Shown piece by piece: positions 10,230-20,517 of a stretch of DNA of 64,000 bases. Origin of the DNA: Candidatus Hydrogenedentota bacterium (GTDB lineage Bacteria > Hydrogenedentota > Hydrogenedentia > Hydrogenedentales > SLHB01). How positions within the stretch are numbered: the stretch's first letter is position 1; each line of letters begins with the position of its first letter. Made by a program: the position numbers and the translations under genes. The notes below the pieces were generated by a model. That model was not told where the DNA came from. It saw nothing but the letters and a program-made list of their open reading frames with translations, and searched no databases. The stretch lies in the NCBI GenBank assembly GCA_963668025.2, contig CAXXTH010000018.1:384001-448000 (forward strand). The letters are read 5' to 3'.

Positions 10230-11116
10230 ATTGGTATCGATTTCAACGTAAAGCAGCGCCTTATCTTTTCCTGTCTCCGTTCATCCTGCTTTTTATACTT
10301 TTCGGTCTCTATCCGCTGGTGAAGAGCTTTATTCTCTCCTTTTATATTACCGCGGGGCCGGGGGCGAAGGTGTTCGTAGGACTGGATAACTTTTATTTTA
10401 TGTTCACCAGCCCCGCTTTCTACAAGGCCATCCGCAACACGGCGGTCTTCACCCTATGTTCCCTCCTGCTACAGCTTCCGTTAAGCTTAGGCCTTGCGTT
10501 AATGCTGAACAGCCGCTTCGTATGGGGGCGCGGATTTCTCCGGTTGATCTTCTTTTCTCCCAATCTGGTTGGGCAGGCGTTTGTCGCTATTTTATTCGGC
10601 GTGATCTTCGTGCCGCACTTCGGGCTGCTGAACCGGGCGCTCCATTTCTTACTGGGCCTTGACCTGGATACGCAATGGCTTGGAGATCCTCGGCTGGTCA
10701 TGCCCGCCATTGTTTTGGCCTCGCTATGGATGTATGTCGGATTCAATATGATCTATTTCCTGGCGGCCTTGCAGTCCGTTGAAACGGAACTCTATGAGGC
10801 GGCCCAAGTGGATGGCGCGGGACCGTTCCAGCAGTTCCTGCATATCACCATCCCTGGGATCCGCCACGTGGCCGTGCTCATCGTAGTAATGAGCACTATC
10901 GGCTCGTTTCAATTATTCGAACTGCCCTATGTCATGCTGCACGGCCCAGGACCGGACAATGCCGGATTGACCGTGGTAATGCATTTATTTTTGAGCGGTT
11001 TTGGAACCGGCGACCTCGGATACGCCTCGGCGGTGGGCTGGGTGCTGGCCGGAGCGGTCTTTATCTTCGCCGCCGCCCAAGTGATGATGTCAGGGATCTG
11101 GAGGCGCCATGCGTAG
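10226..11116 (+). CDS. Carbohydrate ABC transporter permease
   Basis: EAA motif LYEAAQVDGAG; multiple TM segments. Confidence 0.93.
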   Translation: MNWYRFQRKAAPYLFLSPFILLFILFGLYPLVKSFILSFYITAGPGAKVFVGLDNFYFMFTSPAFYKAIRNTAVFTLCSLLLQLPLSLGLALMLNSRFVWGRGFLRLIFFSPNLVGQAFVAILFGVIFVPHFGLLNRALHFLLGLDLDTQWLGDPRLVMPAIVLASLWMYVGFNMIYFLAALQSVETELYEAAQVDGAGPFQQFLHITIPGIRHVAVLIVVMSTIGSFQLFELPYVMLHGPGPDNAGLTVVMHLFLSGFGTGDLGYASAVGWVLAGAVFIFAAAQVMMSGIWRRHA

Positions 11117-11933
11117 CTTCAGACGAAAACCCCTACTAGCGGCGCTCTATGTAGTTCTGGCGGCATGGACCATTTTAGTGCTGTCGCCATTCATCTGGCT
11201 GCTGGCGGCCAGCTTCAAGAGCCCCGATGACCTGTTCCACTATTTGTTCTTCTCCCCGAAGCTGTATTGGGGCAATTACTTCCAGTTATTCGAGGAGATA
11301 CCCTTTTTCCGGTTTCTCATGAACTCTCTCTTCGTGACCGGAGCCACGGTTGTGGTGCAACTGGCGCTCGCCACGTTAGGCGGATTTGCACTGGCCAAAT
11401 ATGAATTCCCCGGCAAGAAAATGGCTATGGCCATGCTGCTGTGCTGCATGATGATACCGCCTCAGGTGGTCCTCGCCCCCCTTTACGAACTCATGTACGA
11501 TTTGCATCTGCTGGATTCGCTTATAGGCCTCATCATCTCCGGCGCAGTGAACATGTTTGGGCTGTTCTTGTTCCGCCAGTACATGTTGCAGATCCCAGAT
11601 GACCTGCTCGAGGCCGGACGAATCGACGGGTGCTCGGAACTGCGGTTGTTCTGGACTATCGTCTTGCCCGTATGCCGCCCCGTGACAGGCGCGATGGCGC
11701 TCATTGCGTTCACGGGTTCATGGAACAGTTTCTTGTGGCCTCAGATTATGCTGCACGCGGAACAACGCTTCACGCTTCCCATCGCACTAAGCCAACTGGT
11801 AGGCATTTATTCACAAGAATACGGAGTATTAATGGCGGGAACCGTGTTATCTATTCTTCCCGTGCTATTACTGTTCTTGTTACTCCAAAAGGAGTTTATA
11901 TCCGGATTAACCGCAGGAGCTGTCAAAGGCTGA
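11109..11933 (+). CDS. Carbohydrate ABC transporter permease
   Basis: LLEAGRIDGCS, WNSFLWP, C-terminal GAVKG. Confidence 0.93.
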   Translation: MRSFRRKPLLAALYVVLAAWTILVLSPFIWLLAASFKSPDDLFHYLFFSPKLYWGNYFQLFEEIPFFRFLMNSLFVTGATVVVQLALATLGGFALAKYEFPGKKMAMAMLLCCMMIPPQVVLAPLYELMYDLHLLDSLIGLIISGAVNMFGLFLFRQYMLQIPDDLLEAGRIDGCSELRLFWTIVLPVCRPVTGAMALIAFTGSWNSFLWPQIMLHAEQRFTLPIALSQLVGIYSQEYGVLMAGTVLSILPVLLLFLLLQKEFISGLTAGAVKG

Positions 11934-11983
11934 TACCTGCTTCTTGCCCATATCGAGCATGTATAGATAAAGGAGAAACATGA

Positions 11984-14152
11984 ATGACACCTCAAACCGA
12001 AGATAGGCAAGAGCCGTTCTGGAATCCTGGCCTGCCGCTGTCCGAGCGAGTCGAGGATCTACTCGCCAGGATGACACTTGAAGAGAAAGTGTCTCAGATG
12101 ATCCACGAGGCGGCGGCCATACCGCGCCTGGGGATCCCTGCATATAACTGGTGGAGCGAATGCATACACGGCGTGGCCCGCGCGGGCATCGCGACCGTAT
12201 TCCCGCAGGCCATTGGCTTGGCGGCGTCATGGAACACATCCCTGCTGCGCAAAACAGCCGAAGCCATCTCGAATGAAGCGCGCGCCAAGCACCATGAGTT
12301 CGTGAGGCATGGCGATTACAGCGAATATAAGGGGCTAACCTATTGGTCGCCCAATATCAATATTGCACGGGATCCGCGCTGGGGGCGCACCCAAGAAACT
12401 TATGGCGAAGATCCGTATCTGACCGGGCGGCTCGCCGTGGCGTTCATACAAGGGCTGCAGGGCAGCCACCCCAAATACCTCAAGCTTATCGCTACACCCA
12501 AACACTACGCGGTTCACAGCGGGCCGGAATCCGCCAGGCATACATTCGACGCAACCGTAAGCCCAAAAGACCTGCATGAAACCTATTTGCCCGCATTCAA
12601 AGCAGCCATGATTGAAGGCGGCGCTGCTTCCATCATGGGTGCGTATAACCGCGTCAATGGCGAACCCTGTTGCGCCAGCATCACCCTTATGCAGAAGATC
12701 CTACGCGAAACGTGGGGCTTTAAAGGCTATTTTGTCTCTGATTGCGGTGCGATATGCGATTTCCATTTGAACCATAAAATAACCAATCGGCCTCCGGAAT
12801 CCGCCGCCATGGCCGTCCGCCATGGCTGTGACTTGAATTGCGGCAAGGTCTATTCGAATCTCCTTCTGGCGGTTGCCGAAGGATTGGTCTCGGAGGATGA
12901 AATCAACACATCTCTAGCACGTTTGCTGGAGGCCCGCATGCGCCTGGGGATGTTCGATCCGCCTGAGCGTGTGCCGTATGCGCAAATTCCATATGAGATT
13001 GTTGATTCGCCCGCCCACCGCCAATTGGCGCTGGAAGCCTCGAGGGAATCCATCGTTCTCTTGAAAAATGATGGCGGCCTCCTGCCATTGAGTAAAAACC
13101 TGCGAAATATCGCCGTCATTGGCCCAAACGCCGACGATCAGCATGTCCTGCTCGGAAATTATTACGGCACTCCGTCCCAATGCACCACCATTCTAGCTGG
13201 CATTCGACACAGCATATCAGCCGGCACGAAACTATGGTATGCGCAAGGCTGCCCCGTAACTTCTAAAAAGCTGCTCGGCATATCCCAGCCTGACACCCAT
13301 GGATTTTCCGAAGCCGTGTCTGCCGCGGAACGCGCTGATGCCGTCATCCTGGCCATGGGAAATTCCCCCGCCCTCGAGGGCGAAGAAGGTGAAGTAGCCG
13401 ATTCCGACGGCGGAGGCGACCGGGCCACCCTCGATTTGCCAGAAGTCCAGCAGAACCTTATGGAACTTATATATGCCACGGGCAAACCGATAGTGCTCGT
13501 TCTCACCGGCGGCAGCGCGATCACCTTCAATTGGGCCGCCGAACACATCCCGGCCATCATTATGGCGTGGTATCCCGGTGAAGAAGGGGGCCGGGCCGTC
13601 GCGGATGTGCTCTTTGGCGATTACAATCCCGCTGGCCGGTTGCCCATGACGTTTCCGAAATCGATTGAACAGTTGCCTCCCTTCGATGAGTACTGCATGA
13701 TGGGCCGCACCTATCGGTACATGGAAGAAGAACCCCTGTTTCCATTCGGACATGGTTTGAGCTACTCCGAGTTCCGGTACCACAAAATGGAATTGAGCGC
13801 ACCCCGGCTGGAACCCGGCCAATCGCTGCGCGTGTCCGTGGCCGTAGCCAACGCCAGCAGCCGGGATGGCGATGAAGTCGCCCAGTGTTTCCTCAAACAC
13901 GAACACCTTTCGCTCCGCACGCCGCGATGGCAATTGGTGGGATTCGAGCGTTTCCAGTTGGCGGCCGGAGAAGAAAAAACCATCACGATGGATATCACTT
14001 CCGAGCAATTATCCGTCATTGATGAGGACGGACAAATAATGTTCATGCCGGGCGAAATCACCATCGCCATAGGCGGCAGGCTGCCGGAGAAAGATGCTGG
14101 CCAAGCCATGGCTTTTGCGAAAGCTACCCTATGCTTCCCAGCTCAACGATGA
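11984..14152 (+). CDS. GH3 beta-xylosidase/beta-glucosidase
   Basis: WSPNINIARDPRWGRTQETYGEDP, KHY, VSDCGAI nucleophile, Fn3-like C-terminus; no signal peptide. Confidence 0.93.
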   Translation: MTPQTEDRQEPFWNPGLPLSERVEDLLARMTLEEKVSQMIHEAAAIPRLGIPAYNWWSECIHGVARAGIATVFPQAIGLAASWNTSLLRKTAEAISNEARAKHHEFVRHGDYSEYKGLTYWSPNINIARDPRWGRTQETYGEDPYLTGRLAVAFIQGLQGSHPKYLKLIATPKHYAVHSGPESARHTFDATVSPKDLHETYLPAFKAAMIEGGAASIMGAYNRVNGEPCCASITLMQKILRETWGFKGYFVSDCGAICDFHLNHKITNRPPESAAMAVRHGCDLNCGKVYSNLLLAVAEGLVSEDEINTSLARLLEARMRLGMFDPPERVPYAQIPYEIVDSPAHRQLALEASRESIVLLKNDGGLLPLSKNLRNIAVIGPNADDQHVLLGNYYGTPSQCTTILAGIRHSISAGTKLWYAQGCPVTSKKLLGISQPDTHGFSEAVSAAERADAVILAMGNSPALEGEEGEVADSDGGGDRATLDLPEVQQNLMELIYATGKPIVLVLTGGSAITFNWAAEHIPAIIMAWYPGEEGGRAVADVLFGDYNPAGRLPMTFPKSIEQLPPFDEYCMMGRTYRYMEEEPLFPFGHGLSYSEFRYHKMELSAPRLEPGQSLRVSVAVANASSRDGDEVAQCFLKHEHLSLRTPRWQLVGFERFQLAAGEEKTITMDITSEQLSVIDEDGQIMFMPGEITIAIGGRLPEKDAGQAMAFAKATLCFPAQR

Positions 14153-15912
14153 GGACAAGCCATATGAGCGTGAGAGTCCAATACATTTTTTGTCTCCTTG
14201 TGTTTTTGTTGCTGGCCACAGCCAGCCCGGCGGATGCCGGTGTCCGGTTTGCGGGCAGTGAAATAGACAAGGATGTGCGTATCGATGCCAGCCACACGGA
14301 AGGGAAAATCCAATACAAACCACTAAGCTTCGAAATGGGCCCCGGTTTCACCATGGTGGACATCTCCCATGCCATACAGGAAAAATCCAATCACTTCTTT
14401 CCCAAACTGGGCAGTGAGAGTGCTATTGGAACCATCATGATTCTCATGGGGCCGGACACGCCGCCAATGAAGGGCCAAGCGGCCTATTTCGCGCTTTGGC
14501 TTCGTGCATACGATTATGACAATCCTCCATATCCTTTGATGGCCGCGTTCAACCTCGGCATCAACGCAACGGGCGCGTATGTCCAATCCTTCGACGACAA
14601 AGACCAGGATGGCCGGCATGACTATATCGAGGACAATGGGTTTGTGCTGCAGGCTTCCACCACGCATCTAAAGATTGAAATCACAAAAACCGACCTGGTG
14701 TTCCTTTGCAGCGGCGATGGCGGCGCGGAATGGAACCAGGTCTATGCCTGCCCGATAAACGCCGCTACCTCACACGGCATCGACCTTCGGGGAGGGAATC
14801 TGGTTATCGGCCTTGCATCACTTCATGACTCTACTCCATGGCAAGTGAAGCACATGGAATGGAGTGGCGCAAGCGTACCCGATGTCAATATTCCATCCGA
14901 ACACCATACTGGAGACGGCCTGGAGGAAAAGCCAAGCGTAATGATTCCTCCAAAGAACAATTATCTCCCCCGGGTGGATTTCGGCCAGTTTCTTGAACCC
15001 CAAGGCAATCACATCATCCACGGGGCAGGCGCCTTGTCGCACTTCGATTGGTCGTCTATTTATGCGTACCAAAACGTGATGCTGGATCGCAGGCCGATGG
15101 CCATCATGAGCTGGATTACATTAAAGCACGCGAGCAGCCCCCTTTATGACCAATGGCGGGAACTGCTCAAAAACCTGCCGCCCAGTGAGTGGCCTGCCGC
15201 TCAGATAGGCATGAACTTTAACCTAAACGAAATACCAGAAAACCATTTTGAAAACGAAGTCGCGGCGGGCGCATATGACCAAGAACTGCAACAGCTTTTC
15301 ACGGATATCAAGCGCTTAGAGATTCCCGTTTTGCTTCGGGTGGGGCTGGCCTCCAATGCAAGCTTTCACAATTACGAGCCTGAAGCCTATAAAGAAGCCT
15401 TTCGGCGGACATGGCGCATCATGCACGAAACCGGTGCCGAAAACGCCGCGCTGGTTTGGGATTTCGTTCCCTTCGAGCCAGACACCGATTTCATGAAGTT
15501 TTATCCCGGCGATGATGTGGTGGATTGGTGGGCGCTCGAAGTGTTCAAGATCCAAGATATCGCGCGCCCCTGCTCGAAAGCCTTCCTTAAAGCAGCGGAA
15601 GAACACCGGAAACCCGTGCTGCTCTCGGAAACAACGCCGCTAGGAGCGCCCCAGACGAACGACGCCTTGGCCTGGGACCAATGGTTTGCGCCCTTCTTCG
15701 CATTCATCGCGGAAAATCCCGTGATCAAAGCAGTGTGTTACATCAACTGGGACTGGCGTACGTATCAAAAATGGGAGAATTGGGGAGACCGGCGGTTAGA
15801 ATCCAATGCATTCATCGCCACCCGGTATTACCGTGAAATGGGAGATCCGATTTGGCTGAACGCCACGGACAGAACCAATGTGCAACAGCAATTGCATGGG
15901 AAAGAGGAATAA
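14149..15912 (+). CDS. Secreted GH26-like protein with an N-terminal unnamed domain; acid/base Glu position is Ala
   Basis: Signal peptide; AGAYD, LRVGLASN, FYPGDDVVDWW, KPVLLSET, IKAVCYIN. Confidence 0.78.
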   Translation: MRTSHMSVRVQYIFCLLVFLLLATASPADAGVRFAGSEIDKDVRIDASHTEGKIQYKPLSFEMGPGFTMVDISHAIQEKSNHFFPKLGSESAIGTIMILMGPDTPPMKGQAAYFALWLRAYDYDNPPYPLMAAFNLGINATGAYVQSFDDKDQDGRHDYIEDNGFVLQASTTHLKIEITKTDLVFLCSGDGGAEWNQVYACPINAATSHGIDLRGGNLVIGLASLHDSTPWQVKHMEWSGASVPDVNIPSEHHTGDGLEEKPSVMIPPKNNYLPRVDFGQFLEPQGNHIIHGAGALSHFDWSSIYAYQNVMLDRRPMAIMSWITLKHASSPLYDQWRELLKNLPPSEWPAAQIGMNFNLNEIPENHFENEVAAGAYDQELQQLFTDIKRLEIPVLLRVGLASNASFHNYEPEAYKEAFRRTWRIMHETGAENAALVWDFVPFEPDTDFMKFYPGDDVVDWWALEVFKIQDIARPCSKAFLKAAEEHRKPVLLSETTPLGAPQTNDALAWDQWFAPFFAFIAENPVIKAVCYINWDWRTYQKWENWGDRRLESNAFIATRYYREMGDPIWLNATDRTNVQQQLHGKEE

Positions 15913-16955
15913 TGTTTGGGACAAAGCAACTCCTGTTCTTTTGCATCCTATTCAGTTTCGCCTTATCTGCTCCAGCGGACTTGCCGTCCGAGTATGCGCC
16001 ACGCGAAGATTACGGGCAAAAACTGGAACCAACAGGCCATGCAATATTACATGGCGGCGGACGGCTGGGCCCGTCTGGCTGGGATGACTTCGATCAATAC
16101 TCAAGCCTGCTGCTCGAGCAACGCCCCACCATCACCGTGGCTTGGCTGCGGCTCAAGAGCGAACCCATACACGAATTCTTCGCTTCTCTCGATGCCCACT
16201 TGCTTCGCCATGCAGACGACGCCCTCATACCGCAAATCGGGATCATGATGAATGACACGGAGAATCCCTCTGATCACTACGAACACGAAGTCGCCGCCGG
16301 AAAAACCGATGCACAGCTCCATATTCTCGGCCACCATCTTAACCGTCTCGAACGGCCGGTATTTCTCAGAATCGGCTTCGCCTTTAACGGCGAGTGGAAT
16401 AACTATGACGCCGGGCAATACAAGAACGCTTATAACCACATTCGCTCAATGCTGCTTTCGGAATATCCAGCCCTTGAATCACGCATCGCCTTCGTCTGGT
16501 CCTTTTCTCCGGCAGGAGCCAATGAACGTTTCGAGGAATTCTATCCGGGTGACGGTTCCGTCGATTGGTGGGCCTTGGACCTGTTCGACATATTCGACGC
16601 CAAGCGCTCCGTGACCGAACGTTTTCTGCAAGCGGCCCGGCAACACGGCAAGCCGGTCATGATCGCCGAAGCCACTCCCCTCGGACTCGGCGCGAGTGAT
16701 GATGCTTGGGATAAGTGGTTTCTGCCCTTCTTCCACTTTATCAAAACAAACCCTGGAATCAAGGCAGTCTGCTACATCAACCGCGACTGGCGTTCCTACG
16801 AACGCTGGATGCGCTGGGGCGATTGCCGATTACAACAAAACGCCCCGTTGGCCGTAAAGTACTATCATGAACTAACAGAAACGCCATGGAACCAGAACAG
16901 GCCAACCGTGGTTTCCGTAACCTCGCCCTCATTGCCAGACACGAACTTACGATAA
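15912..16955 (+). CDS. Secreted GH26-like protein (paralog of the upstream gene); acid/base Glu position is Ala
   Basis: TAATG coupling with the upstream gene; LRIGFAFN, FYPGDGSVDWW, KPVMIAEA, IKAVCYIN. Confidence 0.8.
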   Translation: MFGTKQLLFFCILFSFALSAPADLPSEYAPREDYGQKLEPTGHAILHGGGRLGPSGWDDFDQYSSLLLEQRPTITVAWLRLKSEPIHEFFASLDAHLLRHADDALIPQIGIMMNDTENPSDHYEHEVAAGKTDAQLHILGHHLNRLERPVFLRIGFAFNGEWNNYDAGQYKNAYNHIRSMLLSEYPALESRIAFVWSFSPAGANERFEEFYPGDGSVDWWALDLFDIFDAKRSVTERFLQAARQHGKPVMIAEATPLGLGASDDAWDKWFLPFFHFIKTNPGIKAVCYINRDWRSYERWMRWGDCRLQQNAPLAVKYYHELTETPWNQNRPTVVSVTSPSLPDTNLR

Positions 16956-17103
16956 AGGCGGACGCCAGAAATATATACCTTTCACGCTTCACATTCTGAT
17001 GCGCTGGCGCTTTGCCCAACAACGTAAACCGCCCATTTCGAGTAATGCGCCTGGCATCGAAATCGAGTGAATCTCATCGTTAAGACAAGGGCATAGGTAG
17101 AGC

Positions 17104-17988
17104 CTATTCTGGCGGCGTCCGGACGGTGCTGGGGCACATGCCGAAATAGCTGGAGAACTCACGCGAAAACTCGTGCATGCGCGTGTAACCCAGGTATTCG
17201 GCGACTTGCGTGACCGTCATCGGACAGTACTTCAAGAGGCTCATTGCCTCAGCCATCCGGACTGCTTGCAAGCGTTGCATCGGGGATGTGTCGGTGGCCT
17301 TACGGCAGAGCCGGTTGATGGTCGCACGGCCTCGATGGCACATACTGCACAAATCGGCGATTGTAGGCCGGAAAACCCCATGCAGACGCAGATCCCGCTC
17401 GATCACCCACCACATATCTTCTTCTTTTACATCCCCAAGCGACATGGAACGTGTATGGCTTATCATCGCTAGAAGACTGTAGAGGGCCGCAAAGACGCTG
17501 AGTTTCTGGTGTACGGGATTTGTAATATGTGTTGCGTGATACAGAGTTTTGAACGCTTCACAGATCTCTTTTGTCGACTGTACAACACACTCTTGTCCGG
17601 GAAGAGGACGAAAGGAAGGAGCAATGAATCCCACGGAATAAAACGTGACGGGCCGAAGCACATTTAAAGTTTCAATTTCCTGCGAATCATGAAAGTAAAT
17701 CAGGTTTCCTTTTCCGACACGATACTGATTTCCTAAGGTACGGAGAGTATATGTTCCTTGGATGATTAGTTGAATAACATGTCCTGCTAGAGTATAAATT
17801 CGCGTGTTGTCTCCTGGTATACGGACAAACTTCCATACGCCGGTGATCTGCTCAATCGGTGTTACACTACTCCGCATAAGCAACCGGCCTGGCGTATCCG
17901 GCCTTATGGCATTCAAAATACAATCAGGCGTGACAGAAGATCGTACGAATGAATTGATTGCTTCAGACATCACATCAATCTCCAACAA
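17104..17988 (-). CDS. AraC-family transcriptional regulator (copy 1)
   Basis: C-terminal double HTH (VTQVAEYLGY..FSREFSSYFGMCPS). Confidence 0.9.
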   Translation of the reverse strand: MLEIDVMSEAINSFVRSSVTPDCILNAIRPDTPGRLLMRSSVTPIEQITGVWKFVRIPGDNTRIYTLAGHVIQLIIQGTYTLRTLGNQYRVGKGNLIYFHDSQEIETLNVLRPVTFYSVGFIAPSFRPLPGQECVVQSTKEICEAFKTLYHATHITNPVHQKLSVFAALYSLLAMISHTRSMSLGDVKEEDMWWVIERDLRLHGVFRPTIADLCSMCHRGRATINRLCRKATDTSPMQRLQAVRMAEAMSLLKYCPMTVTQVAEYLGYTRMHEFSREFSSYFGMCPSTVRTPPE

Positions 17989-18045
17989 TCTCCCCGATTA
18001 TTTCGGGCATCCACGGAATTTCCGTTATCTTCATAGTAAAATTTG

Positions 18046-18250
18046 CTGGCGTGGACGTTGCCCACAAACCAAAGAAACAACATAACATTGTTTATTCTTG
18101 TTTACCTTTGCGTTCTTTGCGGCTTTGCGTACGTATAAATTGAATGGGATACCTGTTGAGAGTAGAGCGCGCCATCCTTGCTCAGATATTTCACGCAAAG
18201 CCGCAAAGAATACAACTGATAAAAGCGCGACATACCTGCAATGAAAAAGC
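18046..18250. repeat. ~205-bp dispersed MITE-like element, copy 1 (copy 2 at 61218-61430)
   Basis: Colinear similarity to copy 2; internal inverted repeat ttctttgcggctttgcgt...acgcaaagccgcaaagaa. Confidence 0.8.
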
Positions 18251-18996
18251 TTCTTGTTGAAGCTGGGGCTAAGGCCCTGGCGTGGGCGTTGCCTATACCC
18301 TAGATCGCTGAAATAATCGCCGCAGTTTTCACACATTATAAATCTAGGCTTATCAAGCTGTTACGCAAATAGATTTAAAACTTCTTGTCGTTTTTTATAG
18401 AAGCTGGAGTTTAAAGTAATAATGCTCTCGATACATCCATTGTAAATCCTTTTGAGAACCATTCAGCGTTTTACGTTCAGTATGCGCCATCCTATAAGTA
18501 CGCGGTTTTCATACAGGCAAGTGAACTCGCACTTCGAATTTCATGGCAATCGGTGAGGTAAGTTGAAGATGAGTAAACGGGAGATCATGTTTCCATGTTG
18601 ATGCATTTTGAGAGTAGTTCGTCGTGATAGCTGGAACGCCTTCCTGTAAAAAAAACATCCCCACGACGGCGGTTTAGTTTCACGCCAAACCTTGCTTTTA
18701 GTTGGATGCTATGCTCATACCATGCTCATATAAACTTACAATCAAAATCCGATGTAATGCATAAAATACTCTCATGCTTCAACAGAGAGGCAGATCCCCG
18801 CACTTTTTATATGGGCTCCTCAGGTTTTGCACATCTCCTTTACTCTCATCGTTAATAATATGAAAAAAATATTGGATTCCACTTGTCTCAATGAAAGATA
18901 TTATTGTATGAATCACCGAGACACTCGAAAACGGCTTTGGCTTGCTCCAATCCATCTCATTATAAGTTTCTTCCTAACAATCCTCATCGCGAGTCT

Positions 18997-19066
18997 AAAT
19001 GCGAAATGAAATGATCGCCTATGCTGAAGACATAAATCCAAGTAAAAATGATAATAAAATGGTTAC
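18997..19066 (+). promoter_or_regulatory. 70-bp conserved regulatory block (putative AraC operator), copy 1
   Basis: Gapless 51/70 match to 25890-25959. Both copies lie between an araC paralog and its divergent operon. Confidence 0.7.
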
Positions 19067-19220
19067 AGACTTGAACGATATACGCGGTATTACAGAATGT
19101 CTTGGCGGCCAAGTTTATGAGGGGCTTTCATCATTCACCGCGGATCATTAACAAAGTCATTACCTGCATAAATGCAATTGAAGTCCTTGTCAATCTGAGT
19201 CAACAGGAGAGGAATCTGTC

Positions 19221-20300
19221 ATGAAAAGAGGTTTTACGCTTATCGAGCTGCTGGTAGTTATCGCCATCATAGCTATATTGGCGGCCATTCTTTTACCCGC
19301 CCTGGCGCGGGCTCGCGAGGCGGCGCGGCGCGCATCCTGCGCGAGCAACCTGAAGCAATGGGGAATTATTTTCAAGATGTACTCCGGTGAAAGCAAAGGG
19401 GGCGATTACCCGCCAGCCTCGGACTACCAGATCTATGGGGGGTTGTTTCACGGGGTGGCTGGCTTTTCTGTTTACCCGGATTACTGGAATGACGCGAACA
19501 TCATGATTTGCCCATCGGACTCGAGGAGCGGCTCTTCATCGTTTTTAAACGCAGCAGTTTCAAACTTCAGTATGGACAATCTTGTCGGCGACCCCATGGG
19601 CGAGTTTGTCCAAAAAATCGCCAGCAGCAATGACTCCCTGGCCAAGCCATGGCTTGGCTTGGTGCTGTCGCAGAATCTGTCGTACCATTACATCCCTTGG
19701 ATTACGGGGTCGAAGTCAAGGCTGGTGTATGCGATGTGTTTGCAGAATTGGGCAAATGGGCGTCCTGGGGCCACCAAAGAGCAGCTTGAGTACTACCCGC
19801 CTAAGAAGACTAATCCGTGGGGAAACTTCAACGTGCTGCGCATGGACACCTACAACCATGACATGGGTTCGGATGCCGCGGAGTTCGGTGATGGGTATAT
19901 CAAGGCCAACACGGGGACTACCGCATGGACCGATGACGACGGCAGCGCTCTGCCAGATACCATCAGCAGATTGAGGGAAGGAGCAGAACGGTTCGCCATA
20001 ACGGACATCAACAATCCGGCGGGAGCCACAACAGGCCAGAGCGAGATGGTCGTTATGCTAGATTGTTGGGCCCCTGGCAGCGTCGCTCCATGGTACGCAG
20101 TAACCAACTCGAACCAAACGACGTTCAACCACCTCCCAGGCGGCAGCAACGTACTCTATATGGACGGCCATGTGAAATACTGCCGATATCCGAACGATTG
20201 GCCCTGCATGGGGGGAAACGGCAATACGCCTGTAGATGGGGACATGCGTTTCTATCAGACCTTCGGATTCTGGACATGGACCTTCGGGGGGTGGGGCTGA
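19221..20300 (+). CDS. Prepilin-type / DUF1559 protein (copy 2)
   Basis: [55 protein letters not shown]. Confidence 0.92.
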   Translation: MKRGFTLIELLVVIAIIAILAAILLPALARAREAARRASCASNLKQWGIIFKMYSGESKGGDYPPASDYQIYGGLFHGVAGFSVYPDYWNDANIMICPSDSRSGSSSFLNAAVSNFSMDNLVGDPMGEFVQKIASSNDSLAKPWLGLVLSQNLSYHYIPWITGSKSRLVYAMCLQNWANGRPGATKEQLEYYPPKKTNPWGNFNVLRMDTYNHDMGSDAAEFGDGYIKANTGTTAWTDDDGSALPDTISRLREGAERFAITDINNPAGATTGQSEMVVMLDCWAPGSVAPWYAVTNSNQTTFNHLPGGSNVLYMDGHVKYCRYPNDWPCMGGNGNTPVDGDMRFYQTFGFWTWTFGGWG

Positions 20301-20517
20301 GCACATCCCAAATCTGGAACATCTATTGCCCCAAATCTTCACTTACGCTCTTTATACAGCGATAAATGGGTATCGGTAGTGACTTTGCGTGCAAGCTGCA
20401 CGATAGGTCTCCATATAATGGAGTTTATTGAAAGGAGGAAAATGTAAAAAGCTTACTGGATGAGATTCTAAGTTATGGCAAGTGGACTTACCTGACAAAA
20501 CTTTGGGGAGTGAAGAA

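Noticed and set aside
8883-11933. ABC transporter lacking an ATPase gene
   Set aside because: Common for CUT1 sugar systems that share an ATPase encoded elsewhere.
18250-18990. Short ORFs in the AT-rich gap
   Set aside because: No RBS or motif support; probably non-coding or decayed DNA.
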